In this document: one piece after another, positions 9,085 through 16,267 of the stretch | Numbering within the stretch: position 1 is the first letter of the stretch | Layout: every line of letters starts with the position of its first letter | IMG/VR virus record: IMGVR_UViG_3300034655_000019 | Origin: a virus | DNA length: 41,702 bases | Strand: one strand, 5' to 3' | Notes under the pieces: generated by a model | Told to the model about the DNA's origin: nothing | Database searches by the model: none | Seen by the model: only the letters and a program-made list of their open reading frames with translations | Translations under genes and position numbers: made by a program

Positions 9085-10050
9085 ATGGATGCTGCAGCAG
9101 AGAACGCGCAGCCCCTCACGTGGGGGCGCGTGCCGTACGAACACCCAGGCAAGTGGTGGGGCACTGGTAACCGGTGTGGCCACGACCCCGCTAAAGGGGA
9201 ATTTGACCGCTATTGCCAACCGCTGAAAAAGGGCAGGCTACCCGCCACCCTGCAGGCGTTGGTAGACGGTGCAAAAGCCTACTACACCAGCCCCGGCTTA
9301 TTACCCACCCTGGCCAATCTGAATGGCAAGGCCAACGCCGATGGCAACCCCCGTTGTAACCGATCCGAGGCCCGCGCCGCTGAGTCGCTGGTGCTTTCTG
9401 CCATCATTCAGTTTACCGAGTTCGCCAGCCTGCGGGTGGGCACCCCGCTAGCCGATGGTGGTTTCAAGCACCGCAGCTGCGCTGAAATTGCCCGCGTGGC
9501 GGGCCTGCTGGCACCCGGCAGCACACCAGAAGCCCCCGAGCCTAGCCAACGCTTTTGGCGCGCCTTCCGGCGCTTGAAGCTGGCTGGCGCGTTCACCGTG
9601 CATTTGCAGCATGAAGTCAAAGCCGACGGCACGAAGCGGGCGCGGCCTGCTGTGAAGCTACTCAACCCGGATTTTCTGCTGGCGCTGGGGCGTGTGGGCT
9701 ACCAGAAGTTTAAGGAGTTCCGCGACTGGTGCAGCAACCGCATTAAGAAAGCCCGCCGTAAGCACCGCGAACAGCACCCCAAGGCGTACGACGCCGCCCA
9801 GGCCCGTAGCCGCCTAGCGATGGCAGGCAGCGGCCCCAGAGCGATGCAGAAGCAGCGCCGGGGTAAGAAGGATCTACCCGACGCCAACGATGAAAAAGAA
9901 CTGCAGCGCCGCTATAACCAAGAGGCAAACGCCTACTTTGCCCAGGTGGTGCGCGATAACCCCGGTGCCAGCCATGCCGAGGTGAACAAGCTGGTGCGCA
10001 TCAAGTACCCGCCGTATGAAGAGTGGCTAGACCGGCAGCGACGTTACTAG
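9085..10050 (+). CDS. repA: Plasmid replication initiator, IncFII RepA-like
   Basis: By-eye colinearity with R100/R1 RepA: SEARAAESLVLSAIIQF..RSCAEIARVAGLL..RFWRAFRRLKLAGAFTV, then a basic C-terminal tail. First ATG in the frame is at 9085. An ori-like region lies directly downstream. Confidence 0.6.
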   Translation: MDAAAENAQPLTWGRVPYEHPGKWWGTGNRCGHDPAKGEFDRYCQPLKKGRLPATLQALVDGAKAYYTSPGLLPTLANLNGKANADGNPRCNRSEARAAESLVLSAIIQFTEFASLRVGTPLADGGFKHRSCAEIARVAGLLAPGSTPEAPEPSQRFWRAFRRLKLAGAFTVHLQHEVKADGTKRARPAVKLLNPDFLLALGRVGYQKFKEFRDWCSNRIKKARRKHREQHPKAYDAAQARSRLAMAGSGPRAMQKQRRGKKDLPDANDEKELQRRYNQEANAYFAQVVRDNPGASHAEVNKLVRIKYPPYEEWLDRQRRY

Positions 10051-10235
10051 CCCGCTGCTAACCCCACCTAAAAACGCCACATAGCGCCCACGCCGGGCGC
10101 ATCGCCCGTGGTTAAGCGTTGCCCTGCCCTCACTTCCCCGCCTGTTTTAGCGCCGCGCTGGCGCAAAATCTCCCCGATCTAAGCCCGATAACACCCCCGG
10201 AAAGCCCAAACCCCGCCGCTGATTCGAACCCCCTT

Positions 10236-10340
10236 TAAAGATGTAAAATTAAGTGATTTGAAAATAGAATTAGGTAATATGAGATTAAATTAGCTGTACA
10301 CCGTTAATATGCTTCTCTTATGTAATTAAATAGGTTCAGC
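10236..10340. other. oriV AT-rich tract (candidate DNA unwinding element)
   Basis: About 105 bp, strongly AT-rich (aaagatgtaaaattaagtgatttgaaaatagaattaggtaatatgagattaaattag...) in a GC-rich replicon, next to a DnaA box. Confidence 0.6.
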
Positions 10341-10361
10341 TAACCCCCACTAACGTGGGGT

Positions 10362-10370
10362 TTATCCACA
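10362..10370 (+). promoter_or_regulatory. DnaA box, perfect consensus TTATCCACA
   Basis: Exact 9-mer read at 10362-10370, flanked by hairpin CCCCAC-taac-GTGGGG. Confidence 0.7.
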
Positions 10371-10390
10371 ATGCCCGCGCAAGCGCGGAA
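10371..10390. repeat. ori palindromic repeat copy 1 (ATGCCCGCGCAAGCGCGGAA)
   Basis: CCGCGC-AA-GCGCGG palindrome; second copy 53 bp away. Confidence 0.7.
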
Positions 10391-10423
10391 GCTCTTTTAA
10401 GGGCACAAGGTCAAGGGCTTTAA

Positions 10424-10443
10424 ATGCCTGCGCAAGCGCAGAA
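10424..10443. repeat. ori palindromic repeat copy 2 (ATGCCTGCGCAAGCGCAGAA)
   Basis: Differs from copy 1 at two symmetric positions (C:G to T:A), preserving the palindrome. Confidence 0.7.
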
Positions 10444-10671
10444 CCGCTCTACACTGACGCCCAGCCCTGCCGGGCTGGTTGTCCCAGGGGTTGCACCCCT
10501 GGACCCCGCTAAAAACCACCCCAAACCCCGTTTAGCAGTGGCAAGGGGTGCCGCATAGTTGGGCGGGCTAACGCCCGTTCGCCGCGCAGGTATAATTCCT
10601 GTTTATAGTTCAGTGGGCGGCTTGCATGTCGCTAGCGCGACATAACCCACAACCCCCGGTAAACTAAGCGC

Positions 10672-10956
10672 ATGACGCTACCGCCTTCCCTTCCCCGCAC
10701 GCTTGCCCAACTGCAGGCCACCACTTGCACGCACTGCAACGGCCACGGCTTTACGCATGGGCTTTTTCACCGCTTCCCATGCGCTGCGTGTGCCGAGGTG
10801 GGTTATGTGCAGCACCCAGGCAGCCGCCGGTTAGATCGCTTGGCCATTGGCGTGATTGCCCGCACCCGATCACAGCAGGCAGCGGCCCACGCCCGGCGTC
10901 AAAACACCGGCACGCCGGATAACTGGATACTCAAAAACAATTTCCGGGGTGATTAG
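10672..10956 (+). CDS. Small zinc-finger protein (DnaJ-type CxxCxGxG motif)
   Basis: CTHCNGHGF and CAACAEVGY motifs; perfect TATAAT at 10591-10596 upstream. Confidence 0.45.
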   Translation: MTLPPSLPRTLAQLQATTCTHCNGHGFTHGLFHRFPCAACAEVGYVQHPGSRRLDRLAIGVIARTRSQQAAAHARRQNTGTPDNWILKNNFRGD

Positions 10957-10999
10957 CGGCTGCTATAGTGGGAATATGTCACGCTAACAGGTGCCCGCT

Positions 11000-11272
11000 A
11001 TGCCCCGCCCCAAGCAAATGAACGCCGATGAAGTGGCCACGTGGTTAGCTGTGCTGCTAGATGCTGCCTTTGACCCCGCCCACGATGCCGTAGAACAGCA
11101 AGGCAAGGCCCAACTGCTGGCGCTGGCCAGCGACTTTACCCACTACCCCGACGATTACCCGGACGCCCGCCGGGCTGAATTGCTATTGCGGTGGGTGTCG
11201 ATCTGGCTACCCGGCGAATGGTGGCAGCGGTTGCAGGGCCGGGTAAGAAAGCGGCGTTCACGTGGCGCTTAG
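11000..11272 (+). CDS. Hypothetical protein
   Basis: ATG 11000 with AGGTG 7 nt upstream (the track starts at GTG 10991); 90 aa. Confidence 0.4.
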   Translation: MPRPKQMNADEVATWLAVLLDAAFDPAHDAVEQQGKAQLLALASDFTHYPDDYPDARRAELLLRWVSIWLPGEWWQRLQGRVRKRRSRGA

Positions 11273-11916
11273 TGTGCCTTTTCGCGCATAGCCCGCTTTA
11301 CCTTTTTCACAGTGGTTTCACCGCACCCGGCTAGCTCGCAAATGCGCGCCGTGGTGAACGGTTTGCCTTCACCATCGCGGGCGTTCAATAGCGCTTCAAT
11401 TCGCTGGTGTAGTGCCTTGTTGGGCCGCTTGCCCTGGTACTTGCCTTCCTTCTTTGCTTGCTCTATCCCCTGGCGCTGGCGCGTTCGCCGGTCGTCGTAG
11501 TCTTTGCGGGCTACCGCTGCGAGTACGTCTAGCATCATGGTATTCAGCGCATCGAGCATGCGGGCGGTAAAATCCTCGCCCTGGCTGGGCGTGGCCATGG
11601 CTGCGTAGCTAGTGGGAAGGTCCAGCGACACCACCCGTAACCCTAGCGCCTCAATCTGCCCCCGCAGGTGCCGCCACTCTGCCGCCCCCAGGCGGGAAAG
11701 ACGGTCTACCGATTCTATCAGCAGCACATCACCTTGCTTGGCATCTTCCAGAAGCCTCCTGAGTTCTGGGCGCTGGCTGCTAGCGCCGCTCACATTCTCG
11801 ATATACCAGCTCACTACCTCACGGCGATGTTCAGCGGCGAAGTGTTCTAGCGTGCTGCGTGCCCGCTGGGCGTTCTGTTCTGCCGTGCTGGCGCGTAGGT
11901 ATCCCCTGACGTACAT
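11269..11916 (-). CDS. Serine recombinase (resolvase/invertase family), probable multimer resolvase
   Basis: N-terminal YLRASTAEQ catalytic-Ser motif, DRLSR motif, C-terminal HTH FTTARICELAGCGETTVKKV. Confidence 0.85.
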   Translation of the reverse strand: MYVRGYLRASTAEQNAQRARSTLEHFAAEHRREVVSWYIENVSGASSQRPELRRLLEDAKQGDVLLIESVDRLSRLGAAEWRHLRGQIEALGLRVVSLDLPTSYAAMATPSQGEDFTARMLDALNTMMLDVLAAVARKDYDDRRTRQRQGIEQAKKEGKYQGKRPNKALHQRIEALLNARDGEGKPFTTARICELAGCGETTVKKVKRAMREKAH

Positions 11917-11938
11917 GCGTTCCCCCTGGCGGTGTTTT

Positions 11939-11983
11939 GGGCGTTTTGGGTGGGCAGTTTAGCAGGTGGGCGTTTTGGGTGGG
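11939..11983. repeat. Two perfect 16-bp direct repeats GGGCGTTTTGGGTGGG (11939-11954, 11968-11983) upstream of the resolvase
   Basis: Read directly; a third degenerate copy GGTGTTTTGGG is at 11931-11941. Confidence 0.75.
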
Positions 11984-11996
11984 GGTTTGGCTAAAA

Positions 11997-12014
11997 CGCC
12001 TGATTGATCAGGCG
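11997..12014. repeat. Inverted repeat CGCCTGAT-TG-ATCAGGCG (candidate recombinase site)
   Basis: 8-bp perfect arms, 2-bp centre. Confidence 0.6.
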
Positions 12015-12052
12015 GGCCACCAGTGGGCGCTTAGGGAGTACCTAAAGTGACG

Positions 12053-12090
12053 TGTAGCTAAAAGCTATACGTGTATAGCTTTTAGCTACA
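12053..12090. promoter_or_regulatory. 38-bp near-perfect palindrome (18-bp arms), candidate TA operator
   Basis: TGTAGCTAAAAGCTATAC-GT-GTATAGCTTTTAGCTACA, ends 5 bp before an extended -10. Confidence 0.6.
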
Positions 12091-12095
12091 TGGCG

Positions 12096-12104
12096 TGTTA
12101 TAAT
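12096..12104 (+). promoter_or_regulatory. Extended -10 promoter element TGtTATAAT
   Basis: Perfect TATAAT (12099-12104) preceded by TGt. Confidence 0.55.
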
Positions 12105-12301
12105 CTTATCGTCGTCGCATTCCGTGGCGACTCGAAGGCGAGCTGAACGCGACCTTTCGAACATAAAAAAGGAGAGCAACCCATGCAACCAACTCAACAA
12201 GGCGCTACCGAGCCCATACGATAATCGCCTTGCAGGCAGCAACAAGCTGCTTAGCAAGGCTAAGGAGAGAAACACCCTTAAACAGCGATAGGACATACAT
12301 C

Positions 12302-12607
12302 ATGAAAAGCACAGCTGCTGAGGCAGTGGCTAAGCCACTGGCCCTCAATATGCGTGTTGACCCTAAAAAACGCGCCTTGATCGATAGAGCCGTAGCGGAG
12401 CTGGGGGGAGACCGAACCAGCTTTATAGTTGAAGCCGCCTGTAGACGCGCCGAAGATGTTTTGATGGATCGACGTTACTACATGCTGGATGAAGACGACT
12501 ACGCGTTCTTCGAGCAGGCCATTAACAAGCCTATATCGGAGAGACCGTGTCTACAGAAACTTTTACGAAAAGTCCCTTCATGGGAGTCAGTGCACCCGAA
12601 CGCCTAA
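12302..12607 (+). CDS. DUF1778 RHH antitoxin (TacA/AtaR/KacA type)
   Basis: LNMRVDPKKRALIDRAVAELGGDRTSFIVEAACRRAEDVLMDRR closely parallels TacA; overlaps the toxin gene. Confidence 0.85.
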   Translation: MKSTAAEAVAKPLALNMRVDPKKRALIDRAVAELGGDRTSFIVEAACRRAEDVLMDRRYYMLDEDDYAFFEQAINKPISERPCLQKLLRKVPSWESVHPNA

Positions 12608-13062
12608 CGCAAGAGCATGACTTGTCAGCTTTCGACTGCGATAAGTCTTCACTCAATGGCTTTTTAAAAGAGCGAGCGTTAGAAAATACTGCAACCAAAG
12701 CGACAATTACCTACGTGGTGTGCCGCCCAGGAACAAAGCAAGTGGTCGGCTATTTTAGCGTTTGTCCTGGCGGCGTTGATCGAAACGAATTGCCGGGCAA
12801 ATATAAGAAAAACATGCCGAGCATGGTGCCTGTCATCATTCTAGCGAGGCTTGCAATAGATAATTCTATTAAGGGCAATGGAGTTGGTCAGGATTTATTG
12901 CAGGCCGCGTTACTGATGGCTATTGAAAGCTCTTACCACATGGGTGCAGTGGGTATGATGGTTAATGCTGCCGATGATGCGATAGATTTTTATCTAAAGC
13001 ATGACTTCGACGCTTTCCCAAAAGATCCATCGAAGCTAATCACCTCGCTGAAGCTAGAGTGA
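12580..13062 (+). CDS. GNAT acetyltransferase toxin (TacT/AtaT/KacT type)
   Basis: MGVSAPERLTQEHDLSAFDC..., NMPSMVPVIILARLAIDNSIKGNGVGQDLL, colinear with Salmonella TacT. Start at ATG 12580 rather than GTG 12547. Confidence 0.85.
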   Translation: MGVSAPERLTQEHDLSAFDCDKSSLNGFLKERALENTATKATITYVVCRPGTKQVVGYFSVCPGGVDRNELPGKYKKNMPSMVPVIILARLAIDNSIKGNGVGQDLLQAALLMAIESSYHMGAVGMMVNAADDAIDFYLKHDFDAFPKDPSKLITSLKLE

Positions 13063-13075
13063 GATGTGTTTGCCA

Positions 13076-13098
13076 CCCCGCCACCCGGCGGGGTTTTT
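13076..13098 (+). terminator. Rho-independent terminator after the TA operon
   Basis: CCCCGCC-accc-GGCGGGG then TTTTT. Confidence 0.8.
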
Positions 13099-13163
13099 AT
13101 TTATATACCGTTATTTTCCTTGCCCGCTGCTTAGCCAGGTCATTAACCTGATTGATTGCGACG

Positions 13164-13189
13164 AAAAAGCCCGGCGCATAGGCCGGGCT
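13164..13189 (-). terminator. Rho-independent terminator ending the minus-strand par operon
   Basis: AGCCCGGC-gcatag-GCCGGGCT; TTTTT follows on the minus strand. Confidence 0.75.
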
Positions 13190-13196
13190 TGTTAGA

Positions 13197-13433
13197 TTAG
13201 GTGTACGTCTCAATGCTAAATTCCTTGCCCTCTAGGTTGCCTGCTTTCCATGCTTCCGCTTGGCAGGTGCCGAGCTTGTAAGGCATTGCGTCTAATTCGC
13301 CCTTTGGCTTTCCCGCTAAACGCCAGGCTAAGGTTGAGCGCATACCGTTCATGTGTTCGACACTGCGCGTGTGGGACTTCATAAACTCGTCTGCAATACG
13401 ATTGGCTTTTTGCCGATGCTCGATGGTGATCAT
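13197..13433 (-). CDS. Hypothetical protein
   Basis: 78 aa, followed by a terminator. Only a weak resemblance to the RMF-type motif (AG..G....PY......AW..G). Confidence 0.45.
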   Translation of the reverse strand: MITIEHRQKANRIADEFMKSHTRSVEHMNGMRSTLAWRLAGKPKGELDAMPYKLGTCQAEAWKAGNLEGKEFSIETYT

Positions 13434-13443
13434 ATTTTAGCCC

Positions 13444-13587
13444 TCAGTGAATACGCACGATGCGCTCTAACGCCCGCCTGCTAGCGGCCGGGCACTGGTA
13501 TAGGTAGGCGCACAGCAGGTGCAGCGGCAGCGTATGCAGCTGGTTTAACGGTGTGCGGGCAATCGTGGTATATTCGTTTGCTGACAT
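13444..13587 (-). CDS. Small hypothetical protein (47 aa; the track extends to 13644)
   Basis: ATG at 13587 (MSANEYTTIART...); the upstream extension looks non-coding. Confidence 0.3.
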   Translation of the reverse strand: MSANEYTTIARTPLNQLHTLPLHLLCAYLYQCPAASRRALERIVRIH

Positions 13588-13672
13588 GATAGCTAATCCC
13601 CATTGGTATTGTGTCGTTGCGTAACGCCCGCCCGGTCTAGCCACCGGGTGGGCGTTTTAGTGTGGCTCACTT

Positions 13673-14032
13673 TCAGAAGCTCACCAGCTCAAAGCCGTAG
13701 CGGGCTTTGAGGTCTTCGTGGTGCTGGTCCCACCACTCCTCATCTTTCCATGCCGCCCGGCCTTCGTAGCGGGCGGTAATGTCGTCTAGCATCGCGCCGA
13801 AGGCGCTTAACGCGTCTCGATAGCTGTTGTACGGCGCTTCCTGCAGGGTGAATCCCACTAGGGCGGGGCCGGTGTCGCAAGCGACCGCGACGGCATAGCC
13901 GCCTTCGCATGGGCCTATCGAGGTGCTTTCTAGCACGCTCTTATAGTGGTGCGACATAAGCTCGGCAATGGCGCACAGTGCCAGCTCATAGCTAGGTATC
14001 AGGCGGTCAAACTGCTGGATCTCATTGTTCAT
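13673..14032 (-). CDS. Hypothetical protein
   Basis: 119 aa, starts 3 nt after the parG-like stop; acidic/Trp-rich C-terminus. Confidence 0.5.
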   Translation of the reverse strand: MNNEIQQFDRLIPSYELALCAIAELMSHHYKSVLESTSIGPCEGGYAVAVACDTGPALVGFTLQEAPYNSYRDALSAFGAMLDDITARYEGRAAWKDEEWWDQHHEDLKARYGFELVSF

Positions 14033-14034
14033 GG

Positions 14035-14277
14035 CTAGCCCTTCCCTTTTTCCCGCTTGTACGCTGCCCAGGCTTCCTTGAGTACGTCCACCATTTGCAT
14101 GTCATGCTCTACGGCAAACGCTTTAAACTCCCGGCGCATTTCAGGATCAACGCGGAAATTCAGCGGCACCTTTTCGCCGCTTTCCGGTTTGCTGGTGTTG
14201 TTGCCCACTACCGGGCCGGGGGTGGCTGCCGTGGGCGGTGCGCCTTTGCTGCTGGGTTTCATGCTTGGCTTTGCCAT
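14035..14277 (-). CDS. Ribbon-helix-helix centromere-binding/regulatory protein (ParG/omega-like)
   Basis: Disordered basic N-terminus, then RHH pattern KVPLNFRVDPEMRREFKAFAVEHDMQMVDVLKEAWAAY. Immediately downstream of parA. Confidence 0.7.
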   Translation of the reverse strand: MAKPSMKPSSKGAPPTAATPGPVVGNNTSKPESGEKVPLNFRVDPEMRREFKAFAVEHDMQMVDVLKEAWAAYKREKGKG

Positions 14278-14298
14278 GGTGTTAGCTCCTGCGTTTTA

Positions 14299-14322
14299 GC
14301 GTGCTAGCGTTATATAACGCTT
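14299..14322. repeat. ATAACGC heptad locus A (GCGTGCTAGCGTTATATAACGC), between parA and the parG-like gene
   Basis: Contains the 14-bp perfect palindrome GCGTTATATAACGC (14307-14320) and the rc of ATAACGCTAGCACGC. Confidence 0.8.
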
Positions 14323-14965
14323 AATTAACAAGCGATTCAAAGCGGTTGATGATGTTTTGTATCAGTTCATCCGCTTGGGCCTTCGGGCCTTTGAATGGGG
14401 TTTCAACAATCGACAGCCCTTTATCTTGGGCTAATACAAACGCGTCGCGCTCGGGTACTTGGCCATCGAGTACAAAATAGGGCGTATGGGCGAGGTAGGC
14501 GCGGGCATCCTGCAGCTGCGTTTTACTCTTGCCCACTTTGCTCAGCGCGATGGCGATGCGCTCAATGGGTACGCCCTCTTGGCCGGTGAGTGTGTTGGCC
14601 AGCCTTACGGTGGGTTCAAGGTCGTCAACGCTTAACGCGGTGGGTAGAACGACGAGATCCGCAAGCCGGGCCACTTCGGCGGTGGCTTTGGTGGCATGGG
14701 GCGCGCCGTCGAAAATCATTAGGTCGTAGGTATCGGCTACCTTTAGAGCGCTGGCCACCGTGCCGAACGTCTCTACGGCCACCTCTGGCGTTACGCCGCT
14801 TTTGAGGCGGCGTTGTAACCAGGTGAAAGAGGTGGATTGGTTAATATCGAGATCCGCTATTTTTACATTCCAGCCCGCAGCGGCGTAGGTGGTGCCCAGC
14901 GCCCGGCTTAGGGTGCTTTTGCTGACGCCGCCCTTTTGGCTAACGAAGGCTATCTTGTGTCCCAT
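14321..14965 (-). CDS. parA: ParA partition ATPase (small type Ib, deviant Walker A)
   Basis: KIAFVSQKGGVSKSTL deviant Walker A; 214 aa without an N-terminal HTH; AAGGGGA RBS. Confidence 0.9.
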   Translation of the reverse strand: MGHKIAFVSQKGGVSKSTLSRALGTTYAAAGWNVKIADLDINQSTSFTWLQRRLKSGVTPEVAVETFGTVASALKVADTYDLMIFDGAPHATKATAEVARLADLVVLPTALSVDDLEPTVRLANTLTGQEGVPIERIAIALSKVGKSKTQLQDARAYLAHTPYFVLDGQVPERDAFVLAQDKGLSIVETPFKGPKAQADELIQNIINRFESLVN

Positions 14966-15005
14966 TGGTGTTTCCCCTTATATGTTCGTTGCGTTTTTGC
15001 GCGCT

Positions 15006-15116
15006 GGCGTTACAGCGTGAAATAACGCTAGCACGCAATAACGCTAGTATAGGAAAGCGCCGCTAGGGGTGCAAGATAAAACGCTATAACGCTAGCGTTA
15101 TTTAACGCTTGGCGTT
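15006..15116. repeat. ATAACGC heptad locus B, about 8 heptads in both orientations upstream of parA (candidate centromere/operator)
   Basis: GCGTTAC..AATAACGCTAGCACGCAATAACGCTAG...AAAACGCTATAACGCTAGCGTTATTTAACGCTTGGCGTT. Confidence 0.8.
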
Positions 15117-15124
15117 CAGGCAGC

Positions 15125-15148
15125 AAAAAGCCCGCGCGGTGGCGGGCT
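15125..15148 (-). terminator. Rho-independent terminator after the ORF6N gene
   Basis: AGCCCGC-gcggtg-GCGGGCT; TTTTT on the minus strand. Confidence 0.75.
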
Positions 15149-15171
15149 TGGGTGGGCTGGCGCGGGTGGGC

Positions 15172-15954
15172 TTACTGTTTGGCGAGTAAGCCGTTGTGGA
15201 TTAGCACTTGCTTGGCTATCGCTTTCCAGTTGGGGCGCTGGCCGATGTGGTGTTGGCCACCGGCTAGCTTGCTGATCCATGCGGTGTAGGGCTGGCCTTC
15301 GCCTACCACCTCTTTTAAAAACGACTGTTGGAAGTCATACCTAAAATCTTCGTATTGGCGCACCTTGGGGCGTAGGGCTTGGAGGCGTTCCATCACCGCC
15401 GGGAAGTCGTCCTGGCTTAAATCTTCGATGCGTTTTAGGCAGTAGTCGGTGCGGACGCCGTTGTAAAACCAGCCGGTGGCGCTTTGGCGCATGCCGTGGA
15501 AGTTGCGAAACACGGCGTTAGCCGCGTTGGTGAGCTGTTCGCGCTGGCGGTGGTCGATGGGCGTAGGGATGGGCTCGGCGGTGGTGGGCTGCATCGCGCC
15601 TTTGACGCGGAAATAGCTTTTGACGAGCTGGCGCTGCACTTGCCATGCGAGGTCGTCGGTAAACGATTTGACCAGCATAAGGTAGCCGGTTTCGGTCACT
15701 AGGTTGGTTGCCCGCGCCTTGGCTGGGAATAGGTCTGCGTAGCGCGTACGAAATTCGTACGCGCAACTTAATTCGATTGGGTGAAAGTCCTCGCCTTCAA
15801 TCATGTGGCGTTTGTTTTTATGGAAAGTACGTCGCGCTGTTCCTTCTGGCCGCTGGTGTACAGCGTCAATCATGGCGAAGGTAACAACGGGTTCGTTTTG
15901 GTATTCGATATAAGGCAGGGAGGTGCCAGAGATAGAAATGGTGGGTGTGTTCAT
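15172..15954 (-). CDS. ORF6N/KilA-N domain DNA-binding protein (antirepressor-like)
   Basis: EPVVTFAMIDAVHQRPEGTARRTFHKNKRHMIEGEDFHPI...TETGYLMLVKSFTDDLAWQVQRQLVKSYF fits the ORF6N pattern. ATG 15954 with AAGGAAG RBS; the track's upstream extension is rejected. Confidence 0.6.
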   Translation of the reverse strand: MNTPTISISGTSLPYIEYQNEPVVTFAMIDAVHQRPEGTARRTFHKNKRHMIEGEDFHPIELSCAYEFRTRYADLFPAKARATNLVTETGYLMLVKSFTDDLAWQVQRQLVKSYFRVKGAMQPTTAEPIPTPIDHRQREQLTNAANAVFRNFHGMRQSATGWFYNGVRTDYCLKRIEDLSQDDFPAVMERLQALRPKVRQYEDFRYDFQQSFLKEVVGEGQPYTAWISKLAGGQHHIGQRPNWKAIAKQVLIHNGLLAKQ

Positions 15955-16267
15955 TTTGGGGCTTCCTTTGATTTGAGGAAGTCCGCCGCATCGCTTCCAA
16001 CCGATGGTGGCGAACCGTACGCAGGTTGGAAGACCGGCCAAAGGTAACCGGCGCGCCGAAGCGCCCCACGCACGGCCCGCCATAGTCATCATGCGGGCAT
16101 AAAAAAACGCCTACACGATAAAACGGGGCGCTGTGCGCCTTTGGTTGCGGGCTTCCAAACCCGGTCGCTGATTTTGCAGCGACACGGGGAGAGTAGCGCT
16201 AGGGCGGGTGGGCGTCAATGGCTGGCCTCGCTGGCGCGCTTCATCGCGGCTAGGCAGCGGCGGCAGT

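Noticed and set aside
12042-12296. 84-aa minus-strand ORF across the TA promoter/leader
   Set aside because: It covers the palindromic operator and promoter, has no RBS, and has a Leu/Ser-rich low-complexity product.
15006-15116. Heptad repeat clusters considered as a CRISPR array
   Set aside because: The units are 7-15 bp, contiguous or irregularly spaced, in mixed orientation and dispersed over five loci. There are no 25-40 bp repeat/spacer periodicity and no cas genes.
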